From Thermoplasmatota archaeon (GTDB lineage: Archaea; Thermoplasmatota; Poseidoniia; Poseidoniales; Poseidoniaceae), in the NCBI GenBank assembly GCA_036019775.1, contig JAYXXD010000002.1, positions 1 to 60,641 of the forward strand: a DNA stretch of 60,641 nucleotides. Direction: 5' to 3'. How positions within the stretch are numbered: position 1 is the stretch's first letter; each line of letters starts with the position of its first letter. The notes beneath the pieces are model-generated. The model was not told where the DNA came from. It saw only the letters and a list, made by a program, of their open reading frames with translations, and did no database searches. A program made the translations under genes and the position numbers. Positions 54,459 through 60,641 of this stretch are shown here, in pieces.

Positions 54459-55495
54459 CCATTCACCACCAACCTTCGAACATCGATTTCCAACGCAAGT
54501 GGTTGACCATGAGTTTCAACGGTTAAGCCATCGCTTCCGCTTGCACGTTGGTAAGGGGTAATGCCAACAAATTCTCCCAGAGTTCCTGCCGCACGGTTGA
54601 TGGTATAATCATTCAACCATATGTCGCTGTACTGGGGGTCGATGACAGAATGAAGTGTATTTGTGACTTTAATTTGAAGGTTGTATGAATTCCCCGTAAA
54701 GAGTTGAATCGGTCCGAGTGACTCTATCTTGAATCCTACATTTGGTCCATTTCCGAGTGGCTCTTCAAGCCGTACATCTGTCAATACGATTGAGAGGCGA
54801 GTCGAGCCATCAACAAGTGTGTCGAGACGCAGACGAGGCGCTTTTTCTATGGTCCAAGAGGAGGTGGGATCTTTTGAAATTCGTGCGTCGTTGATAAGTG
54901 TAATTTGATTCAATCCTCCATCAATAGCAGTACTGATGCTCATTCCTGAAAGAACGAATCTTGACCAACGATGGACATGCTGTCCAGCTGCATTGTAGAA
55001 ATCAATGATGAGAAACGACTCACTCTCTAAATTGTGGTCGATAACAATCGAATCGAAACTCGAATCAACACTAAATTCAGATGTATTTTCTGGGTTTTGG
55101 ACGGTAATCGCAGTCACGGATTCATTGAGTGCTAGAAATTCAAATGAACTCGCATTCAATTCATTGACTGTAACAACTTCATGTCTCGTTAAATCGGATG
55201 AAATCACCCATTGCTCAACGAGATTCGCTGGGTTAATCGATGATGATTTTAGCGAAAGTGCTTGTCTTGTACCTGTTCCGTCAGGAGCATCTCCTACGAC
55301 ATCTATGCGATCTTCGACACGATCGGCAATGTTACTCGCACTGTTCCAATTGGTATTATCATTGAAGGCAACAAGATATGGATTGAGGAAGACCCAGACG
55401 CCTCCCATGATTGTAATGACCATGGCAAGCATCATGATGACGCCGAGAATTTCACTCACAGCATCGTCATCATCAGTTCTGCTCTGGCGATGCAT
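54455..55495 (-). CDS. Archaeal type IV pilin-like protein (DUF1628/Pilin_N-type N-terminus)
   Basis: 346 aa. N-terminus MHRQSRTDDDDAVSEILGVIMMLAMVITIMGGVWVF matches the archaeal pilin N-terminal pattern (acidic/basic n-region, A/G-VS-x-(V/I)-(I/L)-G-V-(I/L)). A strong SD GGGGAGG lies about 6 nt upstream of the ATG. Confidence 0.6.
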   Translation of the reverse strand: MHRQSRTDDDDAVSEILGVIMMLAMVITIMGGVWVFLNPYLVAFNDNTNWNSASNIADRVEDRIDVVGDAPDGTGTRQALSLKSSSINPANLVEQWVISSDLTRHEVVTVNELNASSFEFLALNESVTAITVQNPENTSEFSVDSSFDSIVIDHNLESESFLIIDFYNAAGQHVHRWSRFVLSGMSISTAIDGGLNQITLINDARISKDPTSSWTIEKAPRLRLDTLVDGSTRLSIVLTDVRLEEPLGNGPNVGFKIESLGPIQLFTGNSYNLQIKVTNTLHSVIDPQYSDIWLNDYTINRAAGTLGEFVGITPYQRASGSDGLTVETHGQPLALEIDVRRLVVNG

Positions 55496-55561
55496 GTTGA
55501 CCTCCCCTCAACCCTCGTAGTCATTCGGCTGCATTTAGGTATTGACCTGAAGGTTACTGAT

Positions 55562-56392
55562 TCATAGCGATTCTCGTTGGATACGTTGGATAGCGTTTGT
55601 TGCAAATCCATCGCCATCACGCCGACCAATGAAGTGAGAGAATTGTGGACCATCTTGCATTGAAATGTTAATGTCGCCTTCGAACACCTCATCAATTGCA
55701 AACAAAACGGTTGATTCTGCAAGATGGGGTGCATTATTCATTTCCGAAAGATGTGTTAACGTTATGCTTCGAGTTGCATCAGTACAAACTTGACTGAGAA
55801 ATTCCCCCGTTTGAGCGTTTGACAAGTGTCCACCCCGCCCTGAAATTCTGTCCTTGAGTGATGCCGGGTATGGGCCAGACATCAATCGATTACGATCGTA
55901 ATTTGCTTCTACAGCAATATGTTGACAACCTCTGACGTGGTGAACAAGCTCATCTGTCCAACTGCCTAAATCGGTAATAATCGCTGAACGCTCACCTGCA
56001 TGGCTTGCTACAAAGGCAACATTGTCTGCCCCAGAATGGGGCACAGGGACCGGAAGCAAGGAAATCCCTTGGTTAAACTGCAGGACATCAAGAGCCTCGA
56101 AATGATGTGTTCTATCTGGCAAGAGGCCAAGTTCAGAAATGGTTCTGTGGTTCGCATAAACTGGTACGTTCCATCGCTTCTGGGCAATAAGAGCGCCTCC
56201 ACCATGGTCTCCATGGTGGTGCGTGATAACAATCGCTTCCAAGTCGTTCGGGGAGACATCGAGCATGTTCAGTCGTTTTTCTAATTGCACACCACTGAAT
56301 CCTTGGTCAACGAGGATATGGGATGAACCAGAACTGAGCAACGTAGCATTGCCACGGCTTCCAGTCCCAAGGTGTGTGATTGACATCCCCAT
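55562..56392 (-). CDS. Metallo-beta-lactamase-fold hydrolase
   Basis: Blocks THLGTGSRGNATLL and the zinc motif ITHHHGDHGGG, with later His/Asp ligands. The start was trimmed to MGMSITHLG. Confidence 0.85.
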   Translation of the reverse strand: MGMSITHLGTGSRGNATLLSSGSSHILVDQGFSGVQLEKRLNMLDVSPNDLEAIVITHHHGDHGGGALIAQKRWNVPVYANHRTISELGLLPDRTHHFEALDVLQFNQGISLLPVPVPHSGADNVAFVASHAGERSAIITDLGSWTDELVHHVRGCQHIAVEANYDRNRLMSGPYPASLKDRISGRGGHLSNAQTGEFLSQVCTDATRSITLTHLSEMNNAPHLAESTVLFAIDEVFEGDINISMQDGPQFSHFIGRRDGDGFATNAIQRIQRESL

Positions 56393-56555
56393 CTGAATCG
56401 TTACAAGGCGAACACAGGCGGATATTGAATACACCGCATAAAAACTATGATTCACGTCGATTTTCAAGATTCTGAAATTAAGCCGTGTATGAACAACGCT
56501 CCATCATTCCTATAAGCATGGAGAATAGGAGAATTTTCAGGGCGTTGGTCCGTAG

Positions 56556-59500
56556 GTGATTTTGTTGCGTAGGAGCCAGACCACATTACTTACTTCTCTT
56601 GCAGTTATCGCAGGACTGCTCTTTATGTCTCAGTTCCCAGTTATTTCGCCGGTGTCCAACATTCATCCCGACCAAACATTCGGAGAAAAGCCACCAACAA
56701 CGGACACAGATGGGGACGGAATTCCAGATGTTCACGAAAATATTTTCGAAGAATGGATTAATTTCTCAGCAGTTGATGGCCGATTGGTGACAATGCAAGG
56801 TCTGGATAAAAGCGATGCATCGGATGCTAATTTCGATACTGATCGTGATGGTTTAAACAACACAGAAGAGTATTGTTGGCCCTATCCAGACAATTGCAAC
56901 GATCCAGGTTTTTCTCGTGGATTAACAGGGACTCTTGACGATAATGGAGATCGGATGTACCTCGATCCGAGAGTTGCTGATACAGATGGCGATGGTATGC
57001 CGGATGGGTTTGAAGTCTGGATGTGTTCGCGTGCTGGAGGTTTCGATGAGTTGACTCAACGCTATGTTTGTCCTTACTTTGATCCTCTCAATGGTAGTGA
57101 TGCGACTGATGATCCTGATGATGATGGATTTGATGTGAACAGAGACGGCTTCCTTTCAGTGGCTGAACTCTTTACCTCTCCAGAGGAATACCAATACGGC
57201 ATGCCCGGTAATTTCACAACAGAACTTGATGGATTGTGGTGCTATGCGACCCTTCCTCAAGGTTCTGCGAATGAACAATGGCCTTTTATCAACAATGGGT
57301 TGAACGCCTCATTTCAAAATATTCTTTCAGCATGCACAGTAAATGCCACCGATGTAATCGGTGAAGATCTATGGCTTGGAACGGATCCACTATTGGACGA
57401 TTCCGATCGATTTAGTTGGGATGGATTTGCTGTACGTCCACTTTACCCTTCCTTCGGAGATGGGATGCCGGACGGATGGGAAGTTCATTTCGGTCTTGAT
57501 CCACTCAATCGCTCAAATGCTCTTCTCGATGGTGATAACGACGGTTGGGACGTTAACCGCGATGGTTTGGTATCAGCTGATGTTACTCGGACCGATTCTG
57601 CACTCAAACTCGGTGAAGCACTTTCGAATTTGGAAGAATTTTACATCCATAACGACGAAGGAAATACTGTTCGTTCTGGTCTGAAAGAGGTTCAACTCGG
57701 TGTCAACGAGTCCTCATTCAAGGAGTATCCTCTCACATTCAACGCCATCCCAGGCCATCTCTCTGTTATGCACCATGATGTTCGAAGCATTTTGGTTCAA
57801 GATTCCATGGCATATTACCTCACCCGATATGGTATCACAACAATGGATTATTCCGATGATACAACCAGCGATCAATGGTTTCCTCAAGGCGTTGAAGGTC
57901 ATGAAGCGATTTTCATTGAATCTGAATCAGGACCTCATTCAATCGCCATTGCAACATCTCATGGAGTTCACGTTGCAGCTCTTCAAGTGGATGGATTCAT
58001 CGAACCATTGGAGTCATGGTCATCCTCAGAATCGATCGAACTCTTCGCACTCGAGCAGCTTGCAATTGAAGGTTCGAGTCAACAGATCATCGCTTTAGGA
58101 GCAAACGGGGACGGGTTGGTCCTTGAAGTTTCAACGGGCGGATTAATTACTCAAACGTTTGAACTTGGCGTCAATTTCAAATCAGTTCTAAGCGATGACC
58201 AAATTGTTGTGACCGAGATAGAACACGGAAATGTTCCCGGAGGTGGGCTTGTTCTTTACGTCGGCACAGAACGTGGGCTCATGACGCTTGAAACTGCTAC
58301 GGGTCGAGATGATGCCAGCCCGTCTTGGAGATTTTTCTTCGATGCTAATCCATCCAATATATCCAACAAAATCGATGACTTGCGTACCCTCAACCTTGGT
58401 GCAACAGGGAACCCCGCTGAAGTTCAATCATTGGTACTTGATGGCCCAACTGAACAAAAAAACCCAACCGTTTTGTGGATTGGCACGCCATCAGGATTGC
58501 ACAAATTGAATCTCGAGTTGAACGATATGTCGTTCGGTGGTTTACTCGAACATCCTGGAAACGACGCAGATGAACTTGCTCGTTCGAACAATATTCATTC
58601 AATTTACCCGACTGGTAATGAAATTCTTGTTGGTTCATCGGCAGGGCTTTGGGTCTTAGCTGGAAATTATCTTGACGTTTACGGCTTGCAATCAAATTCT
58701 GAAATGCCTGGTGAAATTGCTTCCCTGGCAACCATTGAAAGGCAAGAAGCAACATATATCCTTGGAGGTGCAGCTCCCGGTCGTTTTGCGAATCTCGAAC
58801 TTATGGATCCTGGAGCTAATGATTCTGATAGCGATGGAATGCCGGATGGCTGGGAAATAACCTATGGTTTAGACCCTACCGATCCATGGGACGCAATGTT
58901 GGATGGTGATGTTGATGGTCTCCGCCTGAACGGCGGTACTGATTTGGACCGTTGGTGGACCAATCTTGAAGAATATCGTTACATTGCTCGAACAGACTCG
59001 GGTTTTAATTCAACTCTTCCAAATCAAAGCGATTCTGACATGGACGGGCTTCTTGATGGTGCTGAGTTCTTTGGCTATTATCTTGAGGAAACCAATTTTG
59101 ATTGCCATTATACCCCACAATTGGCTTATGTTTGTGATGAAACTCTAGGTGAGCAAGCAAGAACCACCTATGTGAATCTAAATTCTATCGACGTCGGTAC
59201 AGATCCAACGGTGCTCGATACGGACGGGGATGGTATGCCTGATGGTTGGGAGATACAGCACCGTCGATGGGTTGGAACTCAGTATAATGGTGGGAACAAC
59301 TGGTCCCTTGATCCAACCCGTGCAGAAGATGCTGCTTGGGATGCAGATCAGGATGGATTACCGAACCTTTGTGAGTACCAGTGGTCATTGGTCCGTGAAG
59401 CAGGACTTAACGGGGACCTCTTTGAGGAATTCGGTGAATCACCTGATTCCGTTGCCAGCTGGTCAATACTCGACCCAAATCTTGTCGATTCCGATGGCGA

Positions 59501-60641
59501 TACCCTCCCGGATGGGTGGGAAGCTGATCGTCAATGCACTTGGTCCCCTCAACGACTAGGTGTAAATCCATTGAACGGTTCTGACTTATTTGAAAATCCT
59601 GATGGAGATGGATACGATGTGAATAAGGATGGTTTGCTCACACCAAACGAAATGTTCGTCAACTATCTTGAGTATCACATACGATACGGACTTTTCTTGG
59701 ACAACCAAACGTTGGATGGTGTTGAGTTGCCAAATGGATTTACAACCGATCTTTTTGATAACATCTCTGAATTTGGGACGCCTGAAGCAGATTTTGCAAA
59801 TCGTGCCAGTGGTGCAATTCTTGCAAGCCAACTCCCGATTGAGAAGGGTTCCACGGACCCATTTAGCGCCGATTCAGATGATGATGGAATGCCAGATGGA
59901 TGGGAGATATGGTTTGCTCGTTGGAATGTTATTGATGACGAATGGACATTAAATCCACTCCAACCGAGTGACCGATGGCTCGATGCCGACGATGACGGAA
60001 TGACCAACTGGGAGGAATACAACCTGATCGATGCTGAGTTGTCAGAAACGAATTCCAACCGTTCCTCACCACAATGGTTCGTGACAACACTTGGTTCAGC
60101 ATATGCCTTCCAGCAATGGCCAACATCGTCAACAACTTTCTCGTTTGGAACATACATAACCGAGGAACAATACAATCAAACAGGCCCTACTGGAGACCCA
60201 AATAACGTCGATACAGACGGTGATGGAATCATCGACGGTATGGAATTGCTCTTCACCTCTTGGAACCTGTCAGCTCAAACATGGACGTTGAATCCAGTTG
60301 TTGCAGGGGACGGAAACTTCGATAGCGATGACGATGGTCTTGCTGATTTGCAAGAATTTGCTTTAGCAACCTCCAACCCAGAGAATGGTATTGATGCTCC
60401 AGTCGATGCACCTCTCTTACACGAAGATGGTGATGCACAAGAACCAACGAAGAAAGCACAACGTGTTTTCCAGATTTTGATTTCAAAGGATTCGCGTGGT
60501 AAACGTTTGTTGGATGATTTCAATGCGTGGCAATCCGGTGAACCTCCAAATGTATTCATCTCTCTTCTTTTGGGAATGACGGACCCGACCAATCCAGATA
60601 CCGATGACGATGGGATGTATGATGGGTTTGAGTACTGGTTT
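56556..60641 (+). CDS. Giant secreted protein, 5' portion (open at window end): many TSP3/EF-hand-like Asp-rich Ca-binding repeats plus a Reg_prop-like beta-propeller segment
   Basis: Not in the supplied ORF track because it has no stop within the window. Hand translation of the frame with codon starts divisible by 3 showed no stop from 56556 to 60641 (1362 codons). Start candidates are GTG 56556, or TTG 56562/56565 just after AGGTGA. Signal peptide (M)RRSQTTLLTSLAVIAGLLF. At least 18 Asp-rich loops, five of them D.D.DGMPDGWE. GT..GL repeats lie around 57960-58680. Confidence 0.8.
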   Translation, partial: MILLRRSQTTLLTSLAVIAGLLFMSQFPVISPVSNIHPDQTFGEKPPTTDTDGDGIPDVHENIFEEWINFSAVDGRLVTMQGLDKSDASDANFDTDRDGLNNTEEYCWPYPDNCNDPGFSRGLTGTLDDNGDRMYLDPRVADTDGDGMPDGFEVWMCSRAGGFDELTQRYVCPYFDPLNGSDATDDPDDDGFDVNRDGFLSVAELFTSPEEYQYGMPGNFTTELDGLWCYATLPQGSANEQWPFINNGLNASFQNILSACTVNATDVIGEDLWLGTDPLLDDSDRFSWDGFAVRPLYPSFGDGMPDGWEVHFGLDPLNRSNALLDGDNDGWDVNRDGLVSADVTRTDSALKLGEALSNLEEFYIHNDEGNTVRSGLKEVQLGVNESSFKEYPLTFNAIPGHLSVMHHDVRSILVQDSMAYYLTRYGITTMDYSDDTTSDQWFPQGVEGHEAIFIESESGPHSIAIATSHGVHVAALQVDGFIEPLESWSSSESIELFALEQLAIEGSSQQIIALGANGDGLVLEVSTGGLITQTFELGVNFKSVLSDDQIVVTEIEHGNVPGGGLVLYVGTERGLMTLETATGRDDASPSWRFFFDANPSNISNKIDDLRTLNLGATGNPAEVQSLVLDGPTEQKNPTVLWIGTPSGLHKLNLELNDMSFGGLLEHPGNDADELARSNNIHSIYPTGNEILVGSSAGLWVLAGNYLDVYGLQSNSEMPGEIASLATIERQEATYILGGAAPGRFANLELMDPGANDSDSDGMPDGWEITYGLDPTDPWDAMLDGDVDGLRLNGGTDLDRWWTNLEEYRYIARTDSGFNSTLPNQSDSDMDGLLDGAEFFGYYLEETNFDCHYTPQLAYVCDETLGEQARTTYVNLNSIDVGTDPTVLDTDGDGMPDGWEIQHRRWVGTQYNGGNNWSLDPTRAEDAAWDADQDGLPNLCEYQWSLVREAGLNGDLFEEFGESPDSVASWSILDPNLVDSDGDTLPDGWEADRQCTWSPQRLGVNPLNGSDLFENPDGDGYDVNKDGLLTPNEMFVNYLEYHIRYGLFLDNQTLDGVELPNGFTTDLFDNISEFGTPEADFANRASGAILASQLPIEKGSTDPFSADSDDDGMPDGWEIWFARWNVIDDEWTLNPLQPSDRWLDADDDGMTNWEEYNLIDAELSETNSNRSSPQWFVTTLGSAYAFQQWPTSSTTFSFGTYITEEQYNQTGPTGDPNNVDTDGDGIIDGMELLFTSWNLSAQTWTLNPVVAGDGNFDSDDDGLADLQEFALATSNPENGIDAPVDAPLLHEDGDAQEPTKKAQRVFQILISKDSRGKRLLDDFNAWQSGEPPNVFISLLLGMTDPTNPDTDDDGMYDGFEYWF
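56700..60641 (+). repeat. Dispersed protein-level repeats D-x-D-x-D-G-(M/I/L)-P-D-G-(W/F)-E and D-V-N-(R/K)-D-G within the open-ended giant CDS
   Basis: Examples: DTDGDGIPDVHE (56703-), DTDGDGMPDGFE, GDGMPDGWEVHFGLDP, DSDSDGMPDGWEITYGLDP, DTDGDGMPDGWEIQH, DSDGDTLPDGWE, DSDDDGMPDGWEIWF, DTDDDGMYDGFEYWF. EF-hand/dockerin-like loops: DDDGFDVNRDGFL, DNDGWDVNRDGLV, DGDGYDVNKDGLL. Confidence 0.75.

Noticed and set aside
1-60641. CRISPR arrays, rRNA genes, transposases/integrases, prophage genes
   Set aside because: I could find no regularly spaced direct repeats and no DDE, tyrosine or serine recombinase motifs. The window is almost fully occupied by long ORFs. This was a manual scan only, so short degenerate repeats could have been missed.

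Overview
This is a gene-dense 60.6 kb chromosomal segment from an archaeon. The archaeal markers are CDP-archaeol synthase, an AglB/STT3 oligosaccharyltransferase with a WWDYG motif, a split GMP synthase and split glycine dehydrogenase, class III (archaeal pilin-type) signal peptides, and tRNAs without an encoded CCA. Acidic giant surface proteins mixed with heterotroph salvage genes suggest a planktonic marine euryarchaeon such as Marine Group II/III, but that is inference only. Housekeeping genes include a thiR-thiBPQ thiamine uptake operon, gcvT-gcvPA-gcvPB, purE, guaA subunit B, purD, deoA-type thymidine phosphorylase, carS, tRNA-Asn and tRNA-Met. They are interleaved with an unusual load of very large membrane-anchored surface proteins. 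Four ORFs of about 1,360 to 3,180 codons cover roughly 38% of the window. No CRISPR array, transposase, integrase or rRNA was seen. The best candidates for new biology are: (1) a ~3,180-aa AglB oligosaccharyltransferase with an extra N-terminal multi-TM module, a ~2,000-aa sequon-rich beta-sandwich stalk and a second C-terminal anchor, followed by an S8 protease and a beta-helix giant; (2) a tightly packed minus-strand operon of a multi-OB-like surface protein, a TctA/DUF112 permease and a six-LTD plus two-PLD(HKD) giant, next to nucleoside and dNTP salvage genes, which may form an extracellular nucleic-acid scavenging module; (3) a wHTH-STAND NTPase-TPR protein converging on a translationally coupled trio of class III signal peptide proteins, one of 728 aa, with no assembly ATPase or platform nearby; (4) an open-ended ORF of at least 1,362 codons, rich in Ca-binding repeats, that is missing from the supplied ORF track because it runs off the window. 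All functional calls rest on motifs read by eye. No database search was run.
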